The notes beneath the pieces were generated by a model. That model did no database searches and was not told the DNA's origin. It worked only from the letters and a program-made list of their open reading frames with translations. 64,000 bases of DNA from an uncultured Muribaculaceae bacterium (GTDB taxonomy: Bacteria > Bacteroidota > Bacteroidia > Bacteroidales > Muribaculaceae): NCBI GenBank assembly GCA_910578385.1, contig CAJTQV010000008.1, positions 21,271-85,270 of the forward strand, given 5' to 3'. A program made the translations under genes and the position numbers. The first letter of the stretch is position 1; every line of letters starts with the position of its first letter. Shown here piece after piece: positions 40,214 through 51,500 of the stretch.

Positions 40214-41320
40214 TTAATCAGCAGGAGAGTCAGGTTCCTGATTCCCTTTCTTGCCGTCTGGTTCGGAGATGTAACGTTCGTAGTAGGTCATGATGAGGGC
40301 GGTGACGGGCAGGGCTATTATCATGCCGATTATCCCTAACAGGCTGCCCCAGACCGAAAGCGACAACAGTATTATCGCCGGATTAAGACCCATCTCGCGC
40401 CCCATCACATGGGGCGTGATTATGTAGTCGCATATGCACTGGCTCACCACGTAGACAAGCCCGCATTTGCCTAACAGCGGCAGAAACTCAGCTTCTCCGC
40501 CAAGAGAATAGATGAAGCAGATGATTGCCACCGGTATAAGCGTGACGTACTGGAAATAGGGAATCATGTAGAGCAGACCGACCAGCAGACCCATCGGTAT
40601 CGCCAGCGGCATACCGACAATCCAGAACCCGAGGCAATAGAGCACCATGGCGCACAGCGCGACAAGTCCCTGCCCCCGGAAGTAATGGTTGAGACTGTTC
40701 TTGACGTCATTGACCACAGCGAGTCCGCGGGCACGGTACTTGCGGGGGAATATCATCTTGAACCCGCGCACTATCTGCGGGTAATCTATCAGAATGAAGA
40801 GTATATAGATAAGGGTCAGCATCCATCCGAGGGTACCGACAATCACGTCGAGCGACTCCTCCAGCAGGGACGTACCCTTTGACAGAAGCTGGTCTATGTG
40901 CATGTTGTCGAGCGTGGCGCGAATCTTACGGGGACTCGCGTAACGCTCGACAAATTCTATGATTTTATTGCAGTAATCAGGTACAGGCTGCTTGCCGTCA
41001 GAGACATTCTTGATTATCTCACCGAGCATGTCAACCTCTTTTATAACCGAGGGGAGGAACAGATATATCATCAGACCGACCAGGGCGAGACATTCCACCA
41101 CAGTCAGAATCGAGGCAATCGTCCTCCCCTTGGTGTGTGTGATCCGGCGGTTGAAGCCTACCACCGGTTGCAGAAGGTACGCAATGAAACAGGCCACAAA
41201 GAATGGCAGCAACACATCGCTCAGATAGCGTATCAGCCATATGAGCGCGGCAGTTATGCCCAACCCGATAATCAGGCGCATTATGCGGTCTATGTTCCAA
41301 TATGTGCGTCCGGCTGCCAT
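40214..41320 (-). CDS. AI-2E family transporter
   Basis: PFFVA..AYLLQP, YFRGQ, IPY, GLNP, GMIIALP. Confidence 0.88.
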   Translation of the reverse strand: MAAGRTYWNIDRIMRLIIGLGITAALIWLIRYLSDVLLPFFVACFIAYLLQPVVGFNRRITHTKGRTIASILTVVECLALVGLMIYLFLPSVIKEVDMLGEIIKNVSDGKQPVPDYCNKIIEFVERYASPRKIRATLDNMHIDQLLSKGTSLLEESLDVIVGTLGWMLTLIYILFILIDYPQIVRGFKMIFPRKYRARGLAVVNDVKNSLNHYFRGQGLVALCAMVLYCLGFWIVGMPLAIPMGLLVGLLYMIPYFQYVTLIPVAIICFIYSLGGEAEFLPLLGKCGLVYVVSQCICDYIITPHVMGREMGLNPAIILLSLSVWGSLLGIIGMIIALPVTALIMTYYERYISEPDGKKGNQEPDSPAD

Positions 41321-41323
41321 GGT

Positions 41324-41587
41324 CTACTTGTCTTGAGCGGTCTTGTCTTGAACCGATTTCTCATGATACTGATGCGACTTGACAAGCAGGTAGCATCCCG
41401 ACAACATTGCGGCACAACCGGTTATCCATATGCCGTCTATGCCGACAAGCAGACCGATTATGAAGGCTATGATGCCGATCACATTGAATGTCCAGCCGCT
41501 CTTGCTGAGAAAAATGGCGTTGGCGGCCAACGCCTCCGAGACCGTCTGCTGTTCAGCAGACGGCTGCGTGTTTTGTGTATTTTCCAT
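41324..41587 (-). CDS. Small two-TM hypothetical protein
   Basis: 87 aa, two hydrophobic segments, tightly packed between flanking genes on the same strand. Confidence 0.65.
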   Translation of the reverse strand: MENTQNTQPSAEQQTVSEALAANAIFLSKSGWTFNVIGIIAFIIGLLVGIDGIWITGCAAMLSGCYLLVKSHQYHEKSVQDKTAQDK

Positions 41588-41604
41588 AACGATGAGTATT
41601 TTGC

Positions 41605-42588
41605 TTATGCGGCGAGGTGGAACCAGTTGATGCAGAGGTCGGTCAACCAGAGCCAGAGCGGGCAGAAGCCCATGAAGAGAATGGTCGAGAGAGCCAGTGA
41701 GGAGGTACCCGTAGCCACATAGCAGTTGTAACGGCTCGCGATGATAATACCTGAAAAGGCCGGAGGAAGTGCGGCGCAGACCACAAGCATCTTGAGATTA
41801 ACAGGCTCCATCTTGAAGATGATACCCACAATCAGGATTGCAAGCGGCATGACAATCAGCTTGAGAAATGCTCCCATCACAGCCTGACCGTTAATCTTGA
41901 TTTTTACCGACGACAGTGTGATACCTGCCGCGAATACAGCCACCGAAGCATTGGCACCCTTGATCAAATCGAAAGATGGGTCAAGATATTCCGGCCATTT
42001 CAGTCCGCAGAGCACGAGCACGACAGCAAGAATCGGTGCCCATGCCACCGGCTCCTTGATTGCGTTGAGCACCGGCATCCATGGATTCGGCTTCTTACCG
42101 CCGTTTTCCGCGGCTGTCTGATCGGCGTTTCCGGCATTGAGCAACGCCAGACCGATAGGAATACCGATGGCGTTGACCTCGATGGCTACAATAGCGATGA
42201 CAAGACCTACCGAGGCAGAATCGCCGAAGATTGGCTGAAGCACCGCGAAACCGAGGAAGCCTATTGTCGGAGAACCTGAAATCAATGCCGAGATTGCTGA
42301 TTCAGCCATGGTGTCCTTGTACATGTACCGGAACACGAAATAGACCAGAAAGAAACATGCAATCAGCACCACAAACGAGATCAGGGTGAGTTTCAGGTCG
42401 ATACTCAGCATCTCACGGTTAGCCTTCACAATCGAGATGAACAGTGCGGCCGGAAGTGCGTAATTCAGCACCACCTTGTTGAGCACCCGCGCGTCGGCTC
42501 CGGAGAAGGCTCCGGTCTTTCCCGAGAAATATCCCAGCAGCATGACTGTCAGAATCGGGACAATGGCGTAAAGGATAATATGTTCCAT
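41605..42588 (-). CDS. AEC-family transporter (YfdV-like)
   Basis: VLNYALPAALF, SPTIGFLG, ALPPAFSGIIIASRY; follows oxc as in the E. coli yfd operon. Confidence 0.85.
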   Translation of the reverse strand: MEHIILYAIVPILTVMLLGYFSGKTGAFSGADARVLNKVVLNYALPAALFISIVKANREMLSIDLKLTLISFVVLIACFFLVYFVFRYMYKDTMAESAISALISGSPTIGFLGFAVLQPIFGDSASVGLVIAIVAIEVNAIGIPIGLALLNAGNADQTAAENGGKKPNPWMPVLNAIKEPVAWAPILAVVLVLCGLKWPEYLDPSFDLIKGANASVAVFAAGITLSSVKIKINGQAVMGAFLKLIVMPLAILIVGIIFKMEPVNLKMLVVCAALPPAFSGIIIASRYNCYVATGTSSLALSTILFMGFCPLWLWLTDLCINWFHLAA

Positions 42589-42609
42589 AATATCTTATTT
42601 AGTGGAATT

Positions 42610-42682
42610 GTAGGGACGCACGGCCCGTGCGTCCGCCGTAAACGTAATCACGGTACCGGACGCACGGGCCGTGCGTCCCTAC
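42610..42682. repeat. GTAG-type REP doublet (REPIN)
   Basis: gtagggacgcacggcccgtgcgtccg (42610-35) and its exact reverse complement (42657-82); each unit has an internal palindrome. Confidence 0.85.
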
Positions 42683-42684
42683 GG

Positions 42685-44439
42685 TCAGACTTTGATTTCC
42701 TGGAGCGGGGTCGGGTTCAGATAACCTATATGTCCTGACTCCTTGCCCGCATCGGCGGCAAGCTGCACGTCAATCAGCGACGGACGTCCTGACGCTATCG
42801 ACTTGCGCAGTGCCTCGCCGAGTTCATCGGGAGTGGTGACGTAATATGTGTCGGCACCGAAAGCGTCTCCCAATTTGTCATAACGTGCATTTACGTCAAG
42901 TGTTGTGGGAGCGGGGTCGGATGTCTTGTCCATCGGCTCGCCGATGCCGTTGTAGATACCGCCGTTGTTGAAAATCACGACAGTTACCGGAAGTTTGAAA
43001 CGGCATATCGTAGAGAACTCCATCCCTGAAAAACCGAATGCTGAATCACCCTCGATGGCCACAACCTTCTTACCGGTGGCGACAGCGGCACCGATTGCCG
43101 AACCCATGCCCATACCCATGATGGCCCATGTGGCGCAGTCCACACGGTGACGGGGGCGTGACATCGAGATTGTGTCGCGTGTGTCGTCGAGCGTGTTCGC
43201 ACCCTCGTTTATGAGAATCACATCGGGATTCTCAGCGAGGACAGGCTTGATGGCGCTCAGTGCGCTCCAATGGTTCATGGGCGAGAGTTTTGCAGCCTCA
43301 GCCAGACGCTCCGCGAACTTGGCATTCTTACTCCGTGTCTCCGCACGAAGCGAGGGCACCCACTGCGGGTCGGCCGACATCTTCTTGCCTTCGAGTCCGG
43401 CCAATATCGCGTCGAGCGACAGACCGAGGTCTCCTACAACCGGAGCCGCACAGGGACGGTTGGTGTCAATCTCCTGAGGATCTATCTCAAGATGAACGAA
43501 TTTAGTATCTGGATTCCATTTCCCCTTGCCGAAACTGAGCAACCAGTTCAGACGGGCGCCGGCGAGAATCACCACGTCGGCCTGCTCCATGATTGTGGAA
43601 CGGCACGACAACGCACTCAACGGTCCCTCGTCGGGCAATACTCCCTTGGCCATCGACATCGGGAAGTACGGGATATTGTACTTCTCGACAAGAGCCTTGA
43701 GCTTGTCCTCGACCTGTGCGTAAGCCGCACCCTTGCCTATGAGGAGTGCCGGACGCTTGGCATTGGCTATAAGTTCGACGGCACGAGCCACAGCATCTTT
43801 ATTCGGAGCTACAGGAGAATACATGTCTACCGGAGTGTAGAAAAGTTTCTCGGCCTCGGCAGCATCCATCACCTCGCCGAGCGCGGGAGTGGTCATGTCG
43901 ATATACACGCCGCCGGGACGGCCGCTGACGGCGGCACGGTAGGCACGGTTCACAGCCTCGGGGATATCCTTGGCATGTGAACAGCGGAATGCGGCCTTGA
44001 CCAACGGCCGTGCGGTGTTGAGCTGGTCAAGTTCCTCGTAGGTTCCCATTTTCATATCGACCATTGTCGGGTCTGACGCTCCCGAAATCTGAATCATCGG
44101 GTAGCAGTTTACGGTAGCGTTGGCCGTGGCGGTCAGACCGTTCAGGAATCCGAGCGAAGAGACGGTCATCAGCACACCGGGAGCCTTGGTCAGATAGCCC
44201 TCGGTGGCGGCAGCCATGCCGGCCTGCTGCTCGAAGCGGAAACCGACAAAGCGTATTCCCTGCCCCTGAACCATATAGGCGGCTTCAGTGATAGGAATGC
44301 CGACAAGTCCATATACATTCTTTATGCCGATATTCTTGAGAGCACGGGCCAGAATATACATGCCCGTTACCTGCTCCGGAAACTTGGGAGCGGGCTTCGG
44401 CCCGCATCCGCAAGTAGTGTTATCATTAGTGTTTTCCAT
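42685..44439 (-). CDS. oxc: Oxalyl-CoA decarboxylase
   Basis: YGLVGIP, FRFEQ, GTYEELDQ, EGANTLD, GDSAFGFSGME..NNGG ThDP motif, C-terminal ESGHIGYLNP. Confidence 0.93.
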   Translation of the reverse strand: MENTNDNTTCGCGPKPAPKFPEQVTGMYILARALKNIGIKNVYGLVGIPITEAAYMVQGQGIRFVGFRFEQQAGMAAATEGYLTKAPGVLMTVSSLGFLNGLTATANATVNCYPMIQISGASDPTMVDMKMGTYEELDQLNTARPLVKAAFRCSHAKDIPEAVNRAYRAAVSGRPGGVYIDMTTPALGEVMDAAEAEKLFYTPVDMYSPVAPNKDAVARAVELIANAKRPALLIGKGAAYAQVEDKLKALVEKYNIPYFPMSMAKGVLPDEGPLSALSCRSTIMEQADVVILAGARLNWLLSFGKGKWNPDTKFVHLEIDPQEIDTNRPCAAPVVGDLGLSLDAILAGLEGKKMSADPQWVPSLRAETRSKNAKFAERLAEAAKLSPMNHWSALSAIKPVLAENPDVILINEGANTLDDTRDTISMSRPRHRVDCATWAIMGMGMGSAIGAAVATGKKVVAIEGDSAFGFSGMEFSTICRFKLPVTVVIFNNGGIYNGIGEPMDKTSDPAPTTLDVNARYDKLGDAFGADTYYVTTPDELGEALRKSIASGRPSLIDVQLAADAGKESGHIGYLNPTPLQEIKV

Positions 44440-44466
44440 AATTTACTGATTGTTCTGACGATGTGA

Positions 44467-45768
44467 TTATTTCTTTACGGGAGCGGTTGTTCCGTTTGCC
44501 GCGAACTGAGCAATCTCATCGTCGCTGAAACCGTATGCCTTGAGCACCTCGTCGGTATTGCCGCCGAGTGAGGGACAAGGACCATAGGTCGGCTGGTAGT
44601 TCGACATGGTGAACGGACATCCCACTGTCACGAACTCACCGATGTTGCCTCCCTGGTTGATCTTGACGAGTGTGTTGCCGTCGTAAAGGCTCTCGTCGGT
44701 CATTATTTCCTTGGTCGAGAGAACCGGACCTACCGGCACCCCGTACTTCGAGAGTTGTTCCACGACCTCGAACTTGGTCTTGTCGGCCGTCCATGCGCCG
44801 ATACGCTCGTAGATTTGCTGTTTGTGCTTGTCGCGGGCATCGGCTGTGTTGAAATCCGGATTGGTCAGCCAGTCCTCGAAGCCGAGTCCCTTGCAGGCCA
44901 ACTCGAAATCTTTCGCGCCGCGTTGCAGTATGATGTAGACATAGTTGTTGGCATCTTCTTCAGAATCGAGACCTCCGGCGGGTTTGCATTTGTAAGTCCA
45001 GCCGAGCACGCCACCACCCTCGATGTTTCCGGAGCGGGGCACACAGTCGCCGAACTTTCCGTCGGGATACTGCGGGAACTGTGTAAGATAACCGATCTTG
45101 TCGAGTGTGAGCTGGTCTCGGGTCTTGATACGGCAGAGGTTAAGGCAGGCATTGTGCATCGACTGGTATACGAAACAGCCCTCGCCCGTCTTCTCCCGCT
45201 GGCAGAGAGCTGCGAGGATACCGATCAGCAGGTGCATACCGGTGTTGGAGTCTCCGAGAGCCGCACCGCTCTGGGTCGGGATATTGTACTGGCCTTCATA
45301 CCAGCCGGTGGTCGAGGCCGCTGCCGCTGTAACCTGGGCGATAGGCTCGTATGCCTTCAGATCCTTGTATTTCGAAGAAAGAGGGAAGCCCTTGATTGTG
45401 CCGTAAATGCAACGTGGGTTGATCTTGTGTACCTGCTCCCATCCGAAGCCGAGCTTGTCCATGGCGCCGGGGTGAAGGTTCTCGATGAAGATGTCGGCTG
45501 TCTCAAGCAGCTTGGTGAGAATCTTCACACCATCGGGAGTCTTGGCATCGAGCGCGAGTGATTTCTTGTCGGAGTTGAGCTGAAGGAAGTAATAGCTCGG
45601 CTCATTGGGGTCGAACTGAAGTTCCTTGCGTGTCGCATCACCCACACCCGGACGCTCGATCTTGATTACATCGGCTCCGAGCCACGCGAGCATCTGTGTG
45701 CATGAGGGTCCTGACTGAACTTCGGTGAAATCTATCACCTTGATACCTTGAAGAGGTGCTGTATTCAT
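44467..45768 (-). CDS. frc: Formyl-CoA:oxalate CoA-transferase
   Basis: VQSGPSCTQMLAWLGADVIKIE, GAALGDSNTGMH catalytic Asp; adjacent to oxc. Confidence 0.93.
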   Translation of the reverse strand: MNTAPLQGIKVIDFTEVQSGPSCTQMLAWLGADVIKIERPGVGDATRKELQFDPNEPSYYFLQLNSDKKSLALDAKTPDGVKILTKLLETADIFIENLHPGAMDKLGFGWEQVHKINPRCIYGTIKGFPLSSKYKDLKAYEPIAQVTAAAASTTGWYEGQYNIPTQSGAALGDSNTGMHLLIGILAALCQREKTGEGCFVYQSMHNACLNLCRIKTRDQLTLDKIGYLTQFPQYPDGKFGDCVPRSGNIEGGGVLGWTYKCKPAGGLDSEEDANNYVYIILQRGAKDFELACKGLGFEDWLTNPDFNTADARDKHKQQIYERIGAWTADKTKFEVVEQLSKYGVPVGPVLSTKEIMTDESLYDGNTLVKINQGGNIGEFVTVGCPFTMSNYQPTYGPCPSLGGNTDEVLKAYGFSDDEIAQFAANGTTAPVKK

Positions 45769-45979
45769 AGTAATTTCTATAATTAAGTGGTTTGTAAATT
45801 CTGATGTGTGTTTTTCACATTTATTTCCGCACTTTAAACAAATCCAAGGTCGTAAAGGTTGTTGACAACCCAAAACAGTCTGTCGGCACACCCTTTTAAT
45901 TATTTTTAAATTTATCTGCTCCTGTCTGCTGAACCGAAAAGAGACTTAATTGGTTAGAGTTGTATCCATATTGACCACT

Positions 45980-47374
45980 ATGAGAACCACATTCGCCACA
46001 TTGCTTCTGATGTCGTCGGCAGCGTTACCCGCATTCTGCGGAGAGACCGCTCCCATCACCGCACTCCGCGACAGTATGCCGGAGTCGTGGGAACTCGACA
46101 CGAATTATTTCCAGACCACTCCCAGCGACGACCGTTGGTGGGACACGTTCAATGACCCCATATTGAGTGCGCTGATCAAGCGTGCTGTCGAGAACAACTT
46201 CAACGTGCTGACCGCACAGAAGCGCATCGAGGCCGCACGCCAGATGTCGCGCGCCACCAAGGCCGGCTACTACCCCACTGTCGGCGTATCGGCCGGTTGG
46301 AGCCGAGAACAGACCTCGGGCGACATGCAGGCCGTCACCTCCCACGCCGATGTCATGAGCTATTTCTCGCTCGGGCTGACAATGAACTGGGAGATTGATG
46401 TGTTCGGCCGCATACGCGCTCAATCCAAGGCCGACAAGGCCAATTATGACGCCACTGTCGCCGATTACGACGCTACGCTCGTTTCGCTCTGCTCCAATCT
46501 CGCCAAAGCATATTTCCAGCTCCGTCTCGCGCAGGCGGAGGTCGAAGTAGCGGAGAGAAACATCGCCAACTCGGAGGCTCTGCTCGATGTGGCTAAGACA
46601 CGCTACGAGGTCGGACTCAGTCCGGCGGTGGATGTGGTTCAGGCACAGATGGTGGTCGGCCAGACCAAATCGACGCTGCCCGCTCTCAAGGCCGACATAT
46701 CGACGGCAATCAACGAGATTGCTCTTCTTGTCGGGGAGTATCCTGACAAGTTGGTGAACCTCGACGAGGTGTTCCCGTTGCCGCAGACTCCTCCGCCGGG
46801 GATGGTCGGCAATCCGGAATCGCTGTTGCGCCGCCGCCCTGATGTGGTCGCTGCGGAAAAACAGCTTGCGGCTGCCGCCGCTCAGGTCGGAATTGCCAAG
46901 AAAGATTTCCTGCCGACGCTGTCGGTAAGCGCCGGTGTGGGCACACAGGCTCATTCCCTGAAAGATCTCTTCGGCTCCGGCTCGCTGTATTATTCGGTCA
47001 TGCCCACGCTCTCGTGGACCATATTCGACGGCATGGCGCGCAACGCCAAGGTGGCCGAAGCAAAGGCTGAGATGGAAGAGGAGATCGAGCAATATAACCT
47101 GACGGTCATGACGGCTGTGCAGGAGGTCAACAATGCCATGGTCTCATGGCAATCGGTCTGCGACCAGGGAGTGTATCAGGAGATTCTGCTGAAGGATGCC
47201 CGTCGCGAGCTTGAGCTTCAGGTGGACCGTTACAAGCAGGGACTTCTCGATTTCTCCGACGTGGCCGATGCCGAGACAACGGTGCTGCAGTACGAGAACG
47301 CCGTTGTCCAGTCGCACGCCGCACAGCTCGCCGCCCTCGTCACTCTCTACACCGCTCTGGGCGGAGGTTATTGA
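45980..47374 (+). CDS. RND outer-membrane factor (NodT/OprM-like)
   Basis: WWDTFNDP, WEIDVFGR, LLRRRPDV, LYTALGGGY. Confidence 0.9.
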   Translation: MRTTFATLLLMSSAALPAFCGETAPITALRDSMPESWELDTNYFQTTPSDDRWWDTFNDPILSALIKRAVENNFNVLTAQKRIEAARQMSRATKAGYYPTVGVSAGWSREQTSGDMQAVTSHADVMSYFSLGLTMNWEIDVFGRIRAQSKADKANYDATVADYDATLVSLCSNLAKAYFQLRLAQAEVEVAERNIANSEALLDVAKTRYEVGLSPAVDVVQAQMVVGQTKSTLPALKADISTAINEIALLVGEYPDKLVNLDEVFPLPQTPPPGMVGNPESLLRRRPDVVAAEKQLAAAAAQVGIAKKDFLPTLSVSAGVGTQAHSLKDLFGSGSLYYSVMPTLSWTIFDGMARNAKVAEAKAEMEEEIEQYNLTVMTAVQEVNNAMVSWQSVCDQGVYQEILLKDARRELELQVDRYKQGLLDFSDVADAETTVLQYENAVVQSHAAQLAALVTLYTALGGGY

Positions 47375-47417
47375 GGTGTAGGTTATTGAATTTGAAAACA
47401 CACAAAAGATAAAGGTT

Positions 47418-48536
47418 ATGAAAAGGTTTGTACCCGGATATATGGCCGCGGCTGTCGCTCTCTCAGCCCTCTGTTCCTGCCACAAGACCAAGGATAAGGA
47501 TGCCGACTCTGTTCCCGTGATAAATGTGGCTGAGGCTACCACCGATTCCATCGTGCTCCACAAGGATTATCCCGGCTATCTGGAGGCCCGGACCAAGGCC
47601 GAGGTGGTCGGTGAGGTGAGCGGCCGTCTGCTCACCAAAAATTTTGAGTCGGGCAGTTACGTGACGAAGGGTCAGGTGCTGTTCACCATCGAGTCTACCA
47701 AGTACCGCGACGCGGTGCAGGAGGCCCAGGCCTCTCTCGCCTCGGCCACAAGCCAGCGCGATTATTATGCAAACCAGTCATCGGCCATGCAGAAGGCGTA
47801 TGAGAAAGATGCCGTATCGAAGATGGAACTTCTTCAGTCGCAGTCATCTCTCCGTCAGGCTGAAGCCTCTATACGCAACGCCTCGGCGGCGCTGGAGAAC
47901 GCCCAGACAATGCTGTCGAAGTGTACGGTACGAGCTCCCGTGTCGGGTTACATAACGCTCAATGAAGTCTCTGTCGGGAACTACATAAATGGCGAGGGAA
48001 ATCCACAGACTCTCGCCACAATCTATGACAACTCGGTGTTCGATGCCATCTTCTCTATCGAGGATGACCAGTACCGCACCCTGTTAGGTGCCGACAAAGG
48101 TGCTTCGGGAGCGCTCTACCGCAACATGCCGCTCAAGTTCTCCACACCCATGCCCCACTCCTATACAGCCGACCTCTATTATGTGGCTCCTTCGGTGAAC
48201 AGTTCCACAGGGTCTCTCCAGCTTGTCGGCAATGTCAGGAATATCGACAATGAACTGAAAGATGGTATGTTCGTCACCGTGTCGCTCCCTTACGGCACCA
48301 ACCCGAAGGCGGTCATCGTCAAGGATGCCGCCCTCTCGACCGACCAGCTCGGCAAGTATCTCTATGTGGTCAACGACTCCGACAAGGTTGTCTATACACC
48401 TGTCACCGTCGGCCCGCTCTATCAGGATTCTCTCCGTGTGATCGAGAAGGGTATCAAGGCGGGAGACCGCTATGTTACCGAGGCTCTGCTCACCGTGCGC
48501 AACGGAATGAAAGTGAAACCCAACCTCAAGAAGTAA
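47418..48536 (+). CDS. RND periplasmic adaptor lipoprotein
   Basis: Lipobox LCSC, VSG, GQVLFTI, VRAPVSG. Confidence 0.9.
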   Translation: MKRFVPGYMAAAVALSALCSCHKTKDKDADSVPVINVAEATTDSIVLHKDYPGYLEARTKAEVVGEVSGRLLTKNFESGSYVTKGQVLFTIESTKYRDAVQEAQASLASATSQRDYYANQSSAMQKAYEKDAVSKMELLQSQSSLRQAEASIRNASAALENAQTMLSKCTVRAPVSGYITLNEVSVGNYINGEGNPQTLATIYDNSVFDAIFSIEDDQYRTLLGADKGASGALYRNMPLKFSTPMPHSYTADLYYVAPSVNSSTGSLQLVGNVRNIDNELKDGMFVTVSLPYGTNPKAVIVKDAALSTDQLGKYLYVVNDSDKVVYTPVTVGPLYQDSLRVIEKGIKAGDRYVTEALLTVRNGMKVKPNLKK

Positions 48537-48540
48537 GCCT

Positions 48541-51500
48541 ATGTTCTCGCAATTTTTCATAAAGCGACCGATCTTCGCGACTGTCATTGCCATTCTGATG
48601 GTGATTGCAGGGGCGTTGTGCGTGTTCACGCTCCCGATCGCTCAGTATCCCGACATCACGCCTCCTACGGTATCGGTGTCGGCAAGTTATCCCGGTGCCA
48701 ACGCGAAGACCGTGGCTCAGGCCGTAGGTGTGCCGATCGAGGCTCAGGTAAACGGTGTGGAGGGTATGCTCTACATGAGTTCTTCGAGTTCCGACGGTTC
48801 CTATTCGCTTACCATCACTTTCGAGAACGGCACGGATGTTGACCAGGCTGCCATCGATGTGCAGAACCGTATGTCGATGGTTACCGCCACCCTTCCCGAG
48901 GCTGTGACCCAGCAGGGTGTGAGCGTGCGCAAGCAATCTACCAACCAGGTTCTGTTCTGCACCCTCGAAAGCGATGACCCGGAGCGTTATGACGCTCTAT
49001 ATCTTGCCAACTACGCACAGCTGAATCTCGTTGACCCGCTGTCGCGTGTCGATGGTGTGGGTGATGTCGGTGCGTTCGGTGCCGGTGAATACAGCATGCG
49101 GGTCTGGCTTGACCCTGTGAAGATGCGTGCACGCGGAGTCTCTCCTTCGGATGTTTCGGCTGCCATACAGTCGCAGAACATGGAGGTGTCGGCCGGTTCG
49201 GTGGGTAATCCGCCTGGTGATTCCGACACTCAGTTCGAGTTCACCCTCACAAGCCAGGGACAGCTGAAAAGTGCCGAAGAGTTCGGCAATATCATAATCC
49301 GTACCGACAAGACCGGAATACTCCGGCTCAAGGACGTGGCGCGCGTTGAGCTTGGTAGCCAGAGCTACGACATGGTGTCGCGTGTGAACGGCAAGGAGGT
49401 AGCCCTGCTCGGCATCTCGCAGCTGCCGGGTGCCAACGCTCTCGACGTGGCCGACGGTGCAATCAAGGAGCTGGACCGTCTGAGTCAATATTTCCCCGAG
49501 GGTGTGCATTACAGCGTGGTGCAGAATTCCACCACCTATGTCCGTGAGTCGCTGAGCGACGTGTTCACCACCTTCCTGCTCACCACTCTCATCGTGATGG
49601 TCGTGATTCTTTTCTTCCTCCAGAACTGGCGTGCGGTCGTTATCCCGATGATTACGATTCCTGTATCGCTTATCGCCACTTTCGCGGTGATGAAAATAAT
49701 GGGCTTCTCGCTCAATACGCTCACCCTGTTCGGCCTTGTGCTGGCTATCGCGATTGTGGTCGATGATGCCATCGTCGTGGTCGAGGACTGCTCCCGTCTG
49801 GTCGACAAGGGTACCATGACATCACGTCAGGCTGCGGTCAAGGCCATGAATGAGCTGACCGGACCGGTGGTCGGCGAGGTGCTCGTGCTGATGGCCGTGT
49901 TCATTCCTACGGCCTTCATATCGGGTATCACGGGACAGCTCTACAAACAGTTCGCTCTGACTATCGCCGTTTCAACGGCCTTCTCGGGCTTCAACGCCCT
50001 GACCCTGACTCCGGCTCTGTGTGCCCTTTTCCTGAAGCCGCTGAAGCCTACAAGGAACATTCTCTACAAAGGTTTCAACAAGGGTTTCAAATGGACTGTC
50101 AATCTTTATGACAAGACTATCGGCAAGCTGCTGAATCATGCGGGCTGGACACTCGGCATATATTCTGCCGTGGCCGTGATAGCTCTCATATGGTTCGTGA
50201 ACCGTCCCTCAAGCTATCTGCCCGAGGAGGACATGGGTTATTTCATGGCTTCGGTTCAGTTGCCTACGGGTGCGTCGATCGAGCGCACGGAGAAGGTTGT
50301 CAACGCTATCTGCGATGAGATCAAGAAGGAGGTTCCCCAGGTCAAGGATGTGATGAGCATCGTGGGTTTCTCTATGATGGGTGGCGGCGAGGCTTCGAAT
50401 ATGGCTTCGATAAATGTGATGCTGGTGCCTTGGAACAAGCGCGGTCACGACGGAGGAATAGATGATGTCATGGCTCATGTGCAGGAAATAGCCTCGCGTC
50501 ATCAGGAGGCTGTCACGTTCTGCCTCAATCCGCCCGCAATCGCCGGACTCGGTCTCTCCTCCGGTCTTCAGATGCAGCTGCTCGACATCAACAGTCTCGG
50601 CGCGCAGCAGATGATGAAGGCTATCGCCGACATCAAGGATGCAGCCGAGAAGGATCCGCGCATAGCCTCAGTCTCTTCGCTCTATCAGGGCACCGTGCCG
50701 CAGTACGAGATAAACATCGACCGCAACCGTGCGGAGATGCAGGGTGTGGCCGTTTCGGATATCTATGATGTGTTGGGGCAGTATATGGGTTCGAATTATG
50801 TCAACGATTTCGTTGACTTCGACCGGACTTTCCAGGTCACGATGCAGGCCGACGGTGCATCGCGCGCCAATCCCGACGATGTGCTGAAACTGAGTGTGCG
50901 CAATTCCAACGGCGACATGGTGCCCTTCTCTTCGTTCGCCTCGATGCAGGAGACCATGGGTGAGCAGACCGTTAGCCGTTACAATATGTACACCACAGCT
51001 TCTGTAACCGCTACTCCGGCCAAGGGTGTCAGCTCTTCCGACGGCATCAAGGCCATGGAGGAGATTGTGAGCGACACTTTGGGGCAGAATTATTCCTATG
51101 CCTGGACAGGCATGGCCTATCAGGAGAATCAGGCAGGGACAACGGTCTCGCTTGTGTTCATATTCGCCATCATAATGACTCTGCTTGTGCTCGCCGCGCA
51201 GTATGAGAGCTGGACCGACCCGATTGCCGTGGTGCTCGCCATGCCTATCGCCGTGCTCGGAACGCTTCTCGGCACCATGCTGATGAGCCAGAGCATAAGT
51301 ATCTACACTCAGATCGGTCTTATTCTTGTGTTGGGGATGTCGGCCAAGAATGCCATCCTTATCGTGGAATATGCCATGGACTTCCGCAAGACGGGCCTTC
51401 CGATTGTGAAGTCGGCCCACGACGCGGGTGTGATACGCTTCCGGCCGATCATGATGACGGCGCTCGCCTTCATATTCGGAGTTATGCCCATGCTCTTCTC

